DNA of 32,000 nucleotides from Dickeya solani IPO 2222 (GCF_001644705.1 NZ_CP015137.1:4320001-4352000), one strand, 5' to 3'; positions 1 through 10,861 are shown, counted from the stretch's first letter. The notes: generated by a model not told the origin, from the sequence alone. Made by a program: numbers and translations.

Positions 1-107
<107 letters not shown>

Positions 108-141
108 CACCGTCAAGCGTGGCGAAGTTTACTCTCTTACT

Positions 142-167
142 AAAGCGTCCTTCGGGGCGCTTTTTTT
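142..167 (+). terminator. rho-independent terminator of serS
   Basis: Stem GCGTCC (145-150) pairs with GGGCGC (155-160) around a TTCG loop. A T7 run follows at 161-167. Confidence 0.85.
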
Positions 168-399
168 ATGGCTGAAATCACACCTCGCTGCGGCTATGGC
201 GCGCGGAATTGTCTGATTCCGAGCGGATATCGGTATGGATGAGAGGATTCAGGCATCCTCTTATGGAGAGCTGGCTCGCAGGGTTTTAAGTTTTTGTCGT
301 TGCACTGGCCGGAGCTGACTCAACTGGGAAAGAACGGGTGGTGGCAGGATGAGAACAAAGGGGGGAAGTCCCCTGAAGAAAGAGTCAACGAGGTGATTT

Positions 400-1014
400 A
401 TGCCAAAACATATCGTCAGCCTGACTGGGCGGCTGCTCGGCGCTTTACTCTATTACGCACCGGATGATGAGCACAACGCGGCGTGGATTGAGCGCCTGAG
501 GCATCAGACATGGCAGCAGACATGGCCGTGTGGCGACCGGATAGACATCGCCATTGCCGCCCGGCAAATTCAGCTTGGCCTGCAGCCGGGCTACGATGAA
601 ACGTTATCGGTAGCCTGGCGGCGATTATTCAGCAGTAGTGAGGGCGTGCCGGCACCACCCTGGGGGTCGGTATATCTTGATCGGCAAAATGTGTTGTTTG
701 GTGATTCGACACTGGCATTGCGCCGCTGGTTACGAGAACTGGGGATTGAGCCGCGCTGCGATCGGCATGAGCCGGAGGATCACATTGGTCTGATGCTGAT
801 GCTGGCGGCGTGGTGTGCGGAAAATCAGCCGGATAGCCTGTCGGAATTGCTTACCGAGCATTTGTTACCCTGGGCGATGCGCTATCTGGATTTACTGGAG
901 TGCCACTGTCGTCACCCGTTTTATCAGGGCGTGGCGCGGTTAACCCGTATTACTCTGCAGGACTGGCAGGCACGCTTCCAACTGATCCAGATGGAAAAGG
1001 CATTGTTTTATTGA
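400..1014 (+). CDS. dmsD: Tat proofreading chaperone of the DmsD/TorD family
   Basis: 204-aa ORF with GAGGTG just upstream of the ATG. It is colinear with recalled E. coli DmsD: GALLYYAP, PPWGSVYLDRQNVLFGDSTLALRRW, EPEDHIGLML, HPFY. Confidence 0.85.
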   Translation: MPKHIVSLTGRLLGALLYYAPDDEHNAAWIERLRHQTWQQTWPCGDRIDIAIAARQIQLGLQPGYDETLSVAWRRLFSSSEGVPAPPWGSVYLDRQNVLFGDSTLALRRWLRELGIEPRCDRHEPEDHIGLMLMLAAWCAENQPDSLSELLTEHLLPWAMRYLDLLECHCRHPFYQGVARLTRITLQDWQARFQLIQMEKALFY

Positions 1015-1088
1015 ATAGTATTGCTATTGAATAGTGCTGCTATTGAATGGCGCGTTTATTGGGTAGTGCATGATTGGATGTTGCCTTA
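1009..1088. repeat. decaying tandem repeat of a 16-bp unit, about 5 copies
   Basis: Units are TATTGAATAGTATTGC (1009-1024), TATTGAATAGTGCTGC (1025-1040), TATTGAATGGCGCGTT (1041-1056), TATTGGGTAGTGCATG (1057-1072), and a degenerate ATTGGATGTTGCCTTA (1073-1088). The first unit contains the dmsD stop codon at 1012-1014. Confidence 0.8.
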
Positions 1089-1210
1089 TCCGTCAGGTGG
1101 TAATGCCGTTGGGCGGAATGCCTGATGGCGGTTCGGCACCTGGTTTGCTGAGAGACATCGCTCGCTGCGCATACCATGACGAATAGGGACTGTCGCGGTA
1201 TGCGTTGCTG

Positions 1211-1816
1211 CTAACCGTAGCGGGCGGCGCGCTGCCAGGCAGGCCGCGCCCGCATCGCGTCCAGTAAACGCCAGAGACTGGCGCGCGACGGGGTGAGCCA
1301 GCCGCGCTGGGCGGCAATATCCAGCGGGAATCCCATCATGATGTCTGCTGCTGAAAACGCATCGCCTGCCAGCCAGCGAAATTTCCCAGCCTCCTGTTCC
1401 AGAAAGTCATAGTGCAGATTGAGCTGGGTATTAACCATGCCGCGAATCGGCCAGCCAAACGGTCCCATTTTGTGAGCGACCAGTTTCAGCAGCATAGCCG
1501 ACATTAGCGAACCTTCAGCGTAGTGCATCCAGTAGCGGTAGCGCCACACGTTCGGGCTGTCGCTCGGCGGAGCCAGTTGCGGGCCAAATGTGGCGACCAG
1601 ATATTCCAGGATTAAACCGGTTTCCGCCAGCACTTGACCATCGTGCTCAACTATTGGCGCTTTCCCCAGCGGATGAATATCACGCAAGGCATGCGGAGCG
1701 CGCAGGGTGGCCTTGTTGCGCTGATAATTGATCACGTCATAAGGGACATCCAGCTCTTCCAGCAGCCATAAAACCCGCTGTGAACGGGAAGTATTCAGAT
1801 GATGAACACGAATCAT
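1211..1816 (-). CDS. glutathione S-transferase family protein
   Basis: The N-terminus MIRVHHLNTSRSQRVLWLLEELDVPYDV...HPLGKAPIV is a typical bacterial GST thioredoxin-like domain, followed by a helical C-terminal domain. I chose the internal ATG at 1816 (M15 of the track ORF) because the GST fold begins there. The upstream ATG at 1858 is possible. Confidence 0.8.
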   Translation of the reverse strand: MIRVHHLNTSRSQRVLWLLEELDVPYDVINYQRNKATLRAPHALRDIHPLGKAPIVEHDGQVLAETGLILEYLVATFGPQLAPPSDSPNVWRYRYWMHYAEGSLMSAMLLKLVAHKMGPFGWPIRGMVNTQLNLHYDFLEQEAGKFRWLAGDAFSAADIMMGFPLDIAAQRGWLTPSRASLWRLLDAMRARPAWQRAARYG

Positions 1817-1920
1817 GGGGAACGTCCTGTTGACGGGGAGAAAATGCTGCGATTTCACATCACAGGCAACCCGCTGTTTCCAATCGTGTGGTCGTGGTGG
1901 AAAAGCGGGTTGGGCGCCGT

Positions 1921-2565
1921 TTACTGATTTTCCGCTACCAGTTTTGCCAGATAATCATGCCAGTCGTCAGGGCGGCCCAGCCAGGGGGCAATATTCAGGG
2001 TGGTGAAGATGTCGTCTACCGCGAAGACTAGCGTAGGAAAACCCGCGCCGCCCGACTGGGTAAGCCATTGACGGCTCTCTTCGATATGCTTGCGGGTCGG
2101 CAAACCACGCCAGTGGATACAAGCGTTCTCGAAATCGTCCAACGACAGGCCGATTTCTACCGCCATTTTCATCAGTACCGGGGGATCGGAGATGCGCAGT
2201 CCCTCGACATAGTGGGCGCGTTGCAGGCGCTCAAGCAGGTCGAGCCCCCGGCCGCCGAGTTCTTCCGCCGCCAGAATTGCTGTCGTGGGTGGCTCAGAGT
2301 CCAGCGTTGCCGTCACGTCCCATAGCAGGCCGTTAAAATAGCCATCGCCGAACGGTTGACCACTCATCTGGGCAATGCGGCGGTCATGCGGTTGAACATA
2401 ATCCCGCCATTCCGGAGTAATACGACGGCGGTTCGGGCCGGTCATCATGCCGCCGGCATGCAGCACAACGGGCAACCCTTCGATTTTACGGGCCGTATGG
2501 ATTAACGGCGCTGCGGCGTAACACCAACCGCACAACGGGTCGAAGATGTAGTGTAGCCTGTTCAT
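1921..2565 (-). CDS. cytoplasmic DsbA-like thioredoxin-fold protein with a CGWC active site
   Basis: 214-aa ORF starting MNRLHYIFDPLCGWCY, the characteristic N-terminal CxxC of DsbA-like/FrnE-like proteins. No signal peptide. GGAG lies 8 nt upstream of the ATG. Confidence 0.75.
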   Translation of the reverse strand: MNRLHYIFDPLCGWCYAAAPLIHTARKIEGLPVVLHAGGMMTGPNRRRITPEWRDYVQPHDRRIAQMSGQPFGDGYFNGLLWDVTATLDSEPPTTAILAAEELGGRGLDLLERLQRAHYVEGLRISDPPVLMKMAVEIGLSLDDFENACIHWRGLPTRKHIEESRQWLTQSGGAGFPTLVFAVDDIFTTLNIAPWLGRPDDWHDYLAKLVAENQ

Positions 2566-2804
2566 TCATACGCTCCGTATGTTGCCCGGGGTGGCGGGCG
2601 CATCAGAAAAGGGAAAGAGACTGGTTATCGCGCCACGCGCCTTTCCGAGAGAGTGTGGGAATGGCAGCCCGTTATTATCGCCTGTGTGGCGCTCTGCCTT
2701 AATTATTGTCTATTTCCTGAGAGTTAGCAGGCGATGACGTGATTTTCTGCACCCGTTCTGCGATCAGGGATCGCAAACCTGAAAGAAAAGTGCACTGTTC
2801 TGGC

Positions 2805-2841
2805 GTCAGAGGCGATCCGCTGGCGGTCGCCTCTGACTTTT
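2805..2841. terminator. GC-rich hairpin 12 nt downstream of the MBL-fold gene stop
   Basis: Perfect 11-bp stem: GTCAGAGGCGA (2805-2815) pairs with TCGCCTCTGAC (2827-2837). The T4 run at 2838-2841 is on the plus-strand side, so the strand it serves is ambiguous. Confidence 0.5.
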
Positions 2842-2853
2842 ACCTGTCGGTTC

Positions 2854-3729
2854 TTAGGGCCACTGCATCTCGCCTTTGATGACCTTGGCGCCCAGATCCA
2901 GCGAGGCGGCCTCGCCGAGGTCCGGGTAGGCGCGTTTCATCGCGTCGATCAGCGCCGTACTGTTGGCCGATGATGGGACATTTTTCTCAAAGGTCTTCAG
3001 GTACTGGCGGGTAAAGGCCACATTTTTCGGTGACCAGGGCGCGGAGCCGTCTTTGTTCGGCAGATAGTGGCTCGGCACCACGGTGGTCGGCTTGAGCTTA
3101 TCGATAACGTCCAGATCCGCCAGCCAGTGCTGACGCGAGGCTACTGTCTGAGTGTCTGCCACCCACACATGGATATTCGCCGCGGTATGCACGCCGCCGA
3201 CAACGGCTTTCAGCGAAGGAATCCAGACGAAGGTACGGTCCGGCGTCGCGCCTTTCAGACCAACGATGTCAATCGTATTGCCTTCGAGTGTCAGATGGTC
3301 CGCGTTCAGCGTCTGCGGCACCACGACCTGTTTCGGCGCGTTTTCTTTCAGAATCGGTCCCCAGTAGGCCACTTTTTTGTCCCTGGTGGCGTTGATGGCG
3401 GCGATGGTCTGCGGCGTAGCGACGATCTGCGCGTTAGGGAAGGCAGCTTTCAACACATCCAGTCCGAAATAAAAATCCGGATCGTGATGGCTGATATAGA
3501 TAGTTTTCAGGTTTTTTCCGGTGGCGCGAATTTTTTCCACCAGCTTTTCGGCATCGTTACGCTGGAACTGGGCATCGATCAGCAAGGCATCGTGTTCGCC
3601 GGTAATGATTTCAGACGATACCGGGAAGACTGATTTTTCGCCGGGGTTGTAAACTTCCATCTTCAGCGCAGCGGAGGCGGAAAACGCCATGGAAGCGAAG
3701 AGGGTGGCAAGCAGGGTTTGTTTTAACAC
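2854..3729 (-). CDS. exported MBL-fold (metallo-beta-lactamase superfamily) protein with a divergent metal motif
   Basis: The region LLIDAQF...KNLKTIYISHHDPDFYFGLDVL...VVPSHY has MBL-fold architecture. I chose the GTG at 3729 because AGGAAGGAG lies 7 nt upstream. That start gives a classic signal peptide, MLKQTLLATLFASMAFSASAA. The track ORF extends to 3774. Confidence 0.7.
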   Translation of the reverse strand: MLKQTLLATLFASMAFSASAALKMEVYNPGEKSVFPVSSEIITGEHDALLIDAQFQRNDAEKLVEKIRATGKNLKTIYISHHDPDFYFGLDVLKAAFPNAQIVATPQTIAAINATRDKKVAYWGPILKENAPKQVVVPQTLNADHLTLEGNTIDIVGLKGATPDRTFVWIPSLKAVVGGVHTAANIHVWVADTQTVASRQHWLADLDVIDKLKPTTVVPSHYLPNKDGSAPWSPKNVAFTRQYLKTFEKNVPSSANSTALIDAMKRAYPDLGEAASLDLGAKVIKGEMQWP

Positions 3730-3831
3730 GGTAATACTCCTTCCTGAATAAGATGGCGTCATGTTAAATTTCATTCTAGTAAAGAAAAACCCTACCTGCC
3801 GAACAGCTTTGTTGCATAAAACGGACGAGTG

Positions 3832-4740
3832 ATGGATAGAATTACCGCAGCCCAGGTCTTTGTCGCCATAACCGAACAGGGAAGCCTGACGGGGGCGGCG
3901 CAGGCGTTAGAGATGTCGCGTGCTATGGTGACTCGCTATCTGGCCGAAATGGAACGCTGGGCTGAAGCACGATTATTACATCGCAGCACCCGGCAGCTTA
4001 GCTTGACCAGCGAGGGTGAGGCGGCATTGCAGCACTGTCGTGAATTGCTGGCGGTGTCGCAAAAATTGGAGATGCCTTCCCGCGGCAGGAAGGAACCCTC
4101 CGGGTTGATGCGATTGACCTGTTCCCCGTCACTGGCGCAAGCGACGCTGGTGGCGGCAATCACTGCCTATCTACGGCGTTATCCCAAAACGGCCATTGAC
4201 CTGCAGGTGGCGAGTCATACGCTGAATCTGATCGAGGAGCGTATCGATCTGGCGATTCGCATTACCAGTCAACTGGATTCGGGGCTTATTGCCCGTCGGC
4301 TGGGGGGATGTCCGTCGGTGGTGTGCGCGGCGCCATCCTATCTGGCAGTGCATGGCACGCCGCAGCGTGTGGAGGATTTGGCGGTGCATAACTGCCTGAC
4401 CTATTCCTTCTTTGGCAAGAGCCTGTGGCGTTTTACCCGAAAAGGCGAAGCCGTGGCGATACCGGTCGGCGGGAGTTTCAGCGCTAATGACTCGCTGATG
4501 TTGCTGGAGGCGGCGTTGAATGGCGCAGGCGTAAGTTTGCAGCCGGTCTATTCCGTCACGGACCTGATCGCCAGCAAGCGGCTTATTGCCCTGTTTCCCG
4601 AAGCGCAACCGCAGGAACTGGACATTTATGCGGCTTATCACTCCCGTGAACGCATGCCGTCCGCATTGCGGGCATTGGTGGATTTTCTGGCTGAATGGTT
4701 CGATGGCAACCTGGAGTGGAAGCGGGTTTCTCGCCGCTGA
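3832..4740 (+). CDS. LysR-family transcriptional regulator, divergent from the MBL-fold gene
   Basis: N-terminal wHTH (FVAITEQGSLTGAAQALEMSRAMVTRYLAEMERW...LLHRSTRQLSLTSEG) followed by a LysR substrate-binding domain. The ATG at 3832 is directly preceded by an in-frame GTG at 3829. Confidence 0.9.
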   Translation: MDRITAAQVFVAITEQGSLTGAAQALEMSRAMVTRYLAEMERWAEARLLHRSTRQLSLTSEGEAALQHCRELLAVSQKLEMPSRGRKEPSGLMRLTCSPSLAQATLVAAITAYLRRYPKTAIDLQVASHTLNLIEERIDLAIRITSQLDSGLIARRLGGCPSVVCAAPSYLAVHGTPQRVEDLAVHNCLTYSFFGKSLWRFTRKGEAVAIPVGGSFSANDSLMLLEAALNGAGVSLQPVYSVTDLIASKRLIALFPEAQPQELDIYAAYHSRERMPSALRALVDFLAEWFDGNLEWKRVSRR

Positions 4741-4870
4741 AACGAGCCTGTTCTACCGAAATATCGACGGATGAGCAAATTGTGCGGCAGCGGATAATAA
4801 GGCGATTGACTTTGCCATTGCCAGTGGCATGATGCGCGCAAAACATCCTCTCTTTCCGGTTTGTCTCTCC

Positions 4871-6019
4871 ATGTCAACCTATACGCGCCCGGTTTTATTG
4901 CTGCTCTGCGGGCTATTGCTGCTTACTGTTTGTCTGGCCGTTTTGAATACGCTGGTGCCGTTATGGCTCAATGATCGCCAATTGCCGGTCTGGCAGGTTG
5001 GCGTGGTAGGCTCGGCCTATTTCAGCGGCAATCTGCTGGGAACGCTGGTGGCTGGCGGGTTGATTCGGGTCTATGGCTTTAACCGCAGTTATTATCTGGC
5101 TACTCTGATGTTTGGGCTGGCAACCGCGGCGCTGGCGTTGTCGCCGGATGTCGGGTGCTGGATTCTGTGGCGCTTTGTCGCCGGCGTCGCTTGCGCGTTG
5201 ATTTGGGTGGTAGTGGAAAGCGCACTGCTGTGCAGTGGTAATGCGCTCAACCGGGGGCGACTGTTGGCCGCTTATATGATGGCCTATTATCTGGGCAGCG
5301 TCGTAGGGCAATTGCTGTTGGGGATGGTGCCAACCGCACTGTTCAGCATTCTACCCTGGCTGGTGGCGTTGACGTTGTTGGCGGTGTTGCCGCTGTTGTT
5401 TGCCCGTATTCCGCCGCCGCAGCTTGTGACCCAGCGCGTCAACGTCTGGCGTATGTTGCGTTATCGCGCCGCCCGGCTGGGTATTCAGGGATGTGTGATT
5501 TCCGGGGTCATTCTTGGTTCCTTGTATGGCTTGATGCCGCTGTATCTGGCCCATCAGGGCATGAGCGATGCCAACGTTGGTTACTGGATGGCGTTATTGA
5601 TCAGCGCCGGTATTCTCGGGCAATGGCCGGTCGGGCGGATGGCGGATCGTTATGGGCGATTGCTGGTACTGCGGGTTCTGGTCTTCGCCGTTATTCTCGG
5701 CTCGCTGGCTATGCTGGCACCGGGGCGATACAGCATGGTCCCGTCGTTGTTTCTGCTCGGCGCCGCCGGGTTCACGTTATATCCGGTGGCGATGTCATGG
5801 GCGTGTGAAAAGGTCGCGCCCAACGAGCTGGTAGCCATGAATCAGGCGTTGCTGCTCAGTTATACCATCGGCAGCCTGTGCGGTCCGAGTTTGGCGGCAA
5901 TGCTGATGCAGACTTATTCCGACCAGTTACTGTTCGTTCTGATTGCGGCGGTATCGCTGGGGTACCTGATCATATTACTGAAAAAAGCCGATCATCATCC
6001 CCGGCCGCTGGCGGTGTGA
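4871..6019 (+). CDS. ycaD: MFS transporter YcaD
   Basis: From [19 protein letters not shown]... the protein is near-colinear with recalled E. coli YcaD ([48 protein letters not shown]). I chose the start at M15 of the track ORF by homology. Confidence 0.9.
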   Translation: MSTYTRPVLLLLCGLLLLTVCLAVLNTLVPLWLNDRQLPVWQVGVVGSAYFSGNLLGTLVAGGLIRVYGFNRSYYLATLMFGLATAALALSPDVGCWILWRFVAGVACALIWVVVESALLCSGNALNRGRLLAAYMMAYYLGSVVGQLLLGMVPTALFSILPWLVALTLLAVLPLLFARIPPPQLVTQRVNVWRMLRYRAARLGIQGCVISGVILGSLYGLMPLYLAHQGMSDANVGYWMALLISAGILGQWPVGRMADRYGRLLVLRVLVFAVILGSLAMLAPGRYSMVPSLFLLGAAGFTLYPVAMSWACEKVAPNELVAMNQALLLSYTIGSLCGPSLAAMLMQTYSDQLLFVLIAAVSLGYLIILLKKADHHPRPLAV

Positions 6020-6044
6020 ACGCTTGATTTCAGGCCCGGCGGGT

Positions 6045-6974
6045 TCATGACTGGCGGCGACGACCGGTCAGGGAAGGTTGCCCGGCTTCAATGATATTGT
6101 TCCACAGGACTTCAGCGACCGGGCTCAACCGCTGTTTGGCATTGCGGACCAGATAAAAAATACTGCTGAGTTGCAGACTTTCCGGCGCGATGGCAGTCAG
6201 TTTCCCTTCCTGCACCCAACGCGAAGCATAGTGGTCTGGCAGGAAACCCACATGGGTGCCGGCCAGAATCAGTAATATGCAACCTTCCTCGCTACAGGCT
6301 ATGTTCTGTTGTCCTTGTTTGGCCACCGCCCCGAGCTGTTTGCAGATGTCATTCATCGGGTAGCCGTCAATCAGCAGCCGTTTCGGGTTCAGAGTACCGT
6401 CGCGCCACTCTTGTTCGATGCGTTCGGCGTGTTCGGCGGCGGCGTAAAATGAACTGTGCTCAATGAATGCGGGTTGGAAGAAAATATCCGGCGGCACATC
6501 GGCTGGCAGAACCGTTAATACCACGTCCAGCTCGCTGTTGCGCAGTCGTTCCATCAGTGCATGATGGCCGCTGATGCTCAGGTTCATGGATGCATCGGGA
6601 CTTAACTCGAACAGACGACGAATTGCCAGTGAAACGGCTTGATCCGGATGAGAGACGATATTATCCAGACAACCAATCCGTACTTCGCCGATCAATTCAT
6701 GTTTGATGCGGGCCAGGCGGTTGGCAAAGTCATCCAGCGTGGCAATCACCGAGCGCGCTTCCTGATAGACCACTTCACCTTCGGTAGTCAGTGAGAAACC
6801 GCCGCGGCCGCGTTCACACAAAATCAGCCCCAGCGTGTCTTCCAGCCGGGAGAGGTAGTGGCTTAGTACCGGCTGGCTCAGTCCGGTGGCATCCTGAGCG
6901 TTGGTGATGCCTTTTTTCTCAACAATTTTGCAAAATAGTTTCAGCCAGCGAATTTCCAGTTTGTCGAGCCGCAT
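6045..6974 (-). CDS. LysR-family transcriptional regulator
   Basis: HTH region LKLFCKIVEKKGITNAQDATGLSQPVLSHYLSRLEDTLGLILCERGRGGFSLTTEG plus an effector-binding domain. I chose the start at MRLDKLE (ATG at 6974). It occupies the position of ycaN in E. coli, but I cannot confirm orthology. Confidence 0.85.
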   Translation of the reverse strand: MRLDKLEIRWLKLFCKIVEKKGITNAQDATGLSQPVLSHYLSRLEDTLGLILCERGRGGFSLTTEGEVVYQEARSVIATLDDFANRLARIKHELIGEVRIGCLDNIVSHPDQAVSLAIRRLFELSPDASMNLSISGHHALMERLRNSELDVVLTVLPADVPPDIFFQPAFIEHSSFYAAAEHAERIEQEWRDGTLNPKRLLIDGYPMNDICKQLGAVAKQGQQNIACSEEGCILLILAGTHVGFLPDHYASRWVQEGKLTAIAPESLQLSSIFYLVRNAKQRLSPVAEVLWNNIIEAGQPSLTGRRRQS

Positions 6975-7012
6975 AAATGTGCCCCTGAACACACAGCCAT
7001 TTTAAATGTTAG

Positions 7013-7040
7013 CATTGAAATAATTCGGTTTTATTCAATG
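7013..7040. promoter_or_regulatory. inverted repeat CATTGAA-N14-TTCAATG upstream of the LysR gene; candidate operator
   Basis: Perfect 7-bp arms at 7013-7019 and 7034-7040, 39 bp upstream of the LysR start codon. An AT-rich dyad is the expected style for a LysR autoregulatory site. The function is inferred only. Confidence 0.3.
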
Positions 7041-7531
7041 TGTTTTCCCTCTATGGTACGTGCAAGTTGCTCCGCTTGGGCGGTCCCCACACCGCAATAA
7101 TGCGGCTTATGCACGACACCCGGTTTCTTTTTTCGTATGCCACATCGGTGTGGATATACGATTGCCTGTCATATAATACCCATGATTATCTTTTTTCTTG
7201 CCGTGAGTTTGCTTCTGATTGTTGCAGGAAGAAAAAAACACAGTAAAACAAGGTCAACCATTCCACGCGGTAAAACGCAGCCCCTCAAACGGTGTTGCCC
7301 CCAGACATACTATCTTGCTGATTGTGGTGCACGGTAAGTATGGTTCGCCCAGAAAGGTGGTTCAGTTACGCCTTATTGGCCGATATTGGGTTGGCGGGAT
7401 GTTGATTATCAACGCCAGCCGATGGTCGTCTGCGGCTGACGTCGATGCCGGCTGGCGGAACGAGATGACTTTGGCGAAGACGCACATTCGGTGTTGAACA
7501 ACCGGCGCCATTCTTCACCGAAGTCGGGGAG

Positions 7532-8272
7532 TTAGTATACGACTTTGTGGCCGTAACTGGTCAGAATAGACTTGATGCGGTCCATGGTATCCGCTTTGGG
7601 CGGCTTGACACCATCCAGCTTGTATTCCTCGCCCATGGCCGTCCACTTGTGTTTGCCCAGTTCGTGGTAAGGCAACAGCTCGATCTTCTCAATGTTGTGC
7701 ATTTCTTTGGTGAATTCCCCTAGCTGGTGGGTGGAAGCGTCGTCATCGCTCCAGCCAGGGACCACCACATAGCGAATCCAGGTACGTTGGTTACGCTTGG
7801 CGAGATAACGGGCAAAATCCAGCGTACGGTGATTGGATACCCCCACCAGATTTTGATGCACCTCGTCGTTGAGTTGCTTGAGGTCGAGCATTACCAAATC
7901 CGTCACGTCCAGCAGCTCGTCAATAACCGGGTCGTAACGGCGGACAAAACCGTTGGTATCCAGACAAGTATTAATGCCTTGCTCGTGGCAGGCCCGGAAC
8001 CAGTCACGGACGAATTCCGCCTGCAGAATGGCCTCGCCGCCGGATGCCGTCACGCCGCCGCCGGACGCATTCATAAAATGACGATAAGTCACCACCTCTT
8101 TCATCAACTCTTCCACGGTAACCTCCTTGCCGCCATGGGTATCCCAGGTGTCGCGGTTGTGGCAGTAGAGGCAACGCATCAGGCAACCCTGAAAAAAAGT
8201 GATAAAGCGAATACCGGGACCGTCTACGGTGCCGCAGGATTCGAAAGAGTGAATGCGACCAATAACTGACAT
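7532..8272 (-). CDS. pflA: pyruvate formate-lyase activating enzyme (radical SAM)
   Basis: The 246 aa from [43 protein letters not shown] are almost identical to recalled E. coli PflA and include the CxxxCxxC cluster. The 48-codon upstream extension in the track ORF has no homology. Confidence 0.97.
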   Translation of the reverse strand: MSVIGRIHSFESCGTVDGPGIRFITFFQGCLMRCLYCHNRDTWDTHGGKEVTVEELMKEVVTYRHFMNASGGGVTASGGEAILQAEFVRDWFRACHEQGINTCLDTNGFVRRYDPVIDELLDVTDLVMLDLKQLNDEVHQNLVGVSNHRTLDFARYLAKRNQRTWIRYVVVPGWSDDDASTHQLGEFTKEMHNIEKIELLPYHELGKHKWTAMGEEYKLDGVKPPKADTMDRIKSILTSYGHKVVY

Positions 8273-8371
8273 GCAAGGTTTCTCCAGGTTGGGCCGAGAA
8301 ATAGCGGCCTTCGATGAGCACAGTGGCGGAACTGAGGCGTGGACGGCCACAGTATTCGCTCTGCGTCGAAT

Positions 8372-8421
8372 CTGTTTTGTCAGCCCGCCAGCCGGGATGT
8401 CGTAGCCGGCTGACAAAACAG
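8372..8421. repeat. perfect 14-bp inverted repeat in the pflB-pflA spacer
   Basis: CTGTTTTGTCAGCC (8372-8385) and GGCTGACAAAACAG (8408-8421) are separated by 22 nt. Confidence 0.8.
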
Positions 8422-8520
8422 GTTCTGATTTTTTTCGGCGGGGGTGGTGAAAAATTTCCGGGAGAAATTTTCAACGCCGCTTGCGGCGGTCCACAAAGGA
8501 GACGGGCTGGATACCCGTTA

Positions 8521-8549
8521 TAAAAAGGCCCCACCGATGTGGAGCCTTT
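8521..8549 (-). terminator. rho-independent terminator of pflB
   Basis: Minus-strand RNA reads AAAGGCUCCAC-AUCG-GUGGGGCCUUUUUA. The stem is 9 bp including one G-U pair, followed by a U5 tract, and lies about 30 nt after the pflB stop. Confidence 0.85.
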
Positions 8550-8578
8550 AGTTTACGCCTTTTCAGACAGACATGTAA

Positions 8579-10861
<2,283 letters not shown>

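Noticed and set aside
1093-1317. 74-aa minus-strand ORF overlapping the GST 3' end, and the inverted repeat CGCATACC/GGTATGCG (1168-1204)
   Set aside because: The ORF is Pro/Gly/Ser-rich and out of frame with the real GST gene. The 8-bp inverted repeat has a 21-nt loop and no U-tract, so it is weak evidence for a terminator.
7040-7497. Overlapping 66-92 aa ORFs at 7040-7246, 7137-7337 and 7219-7497 as real genes
   Set aside because: They have no RBS, an odd composition and mutual overlap in a low-GC spacer. Only the hydrophobic 51-aa sub-ORF was kept, as a low-confidence finding.
8273-8416. N-terminal extensions of track ORFs. Examples are pflA to 8416, ycaO to 14204, rpsA from 17715, ihfB from 19515, ycaD from 4829, aroA from 15457, yeeZ from 30610 and the amidohydrolase from 20230.
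   Set aside because: Homology to the E. coli proteins begins at internal Met codons. These have better RBS context, or in the case of rpsA the known SD-less context. The extensions have no similarity and would consume promoter and leader regions.
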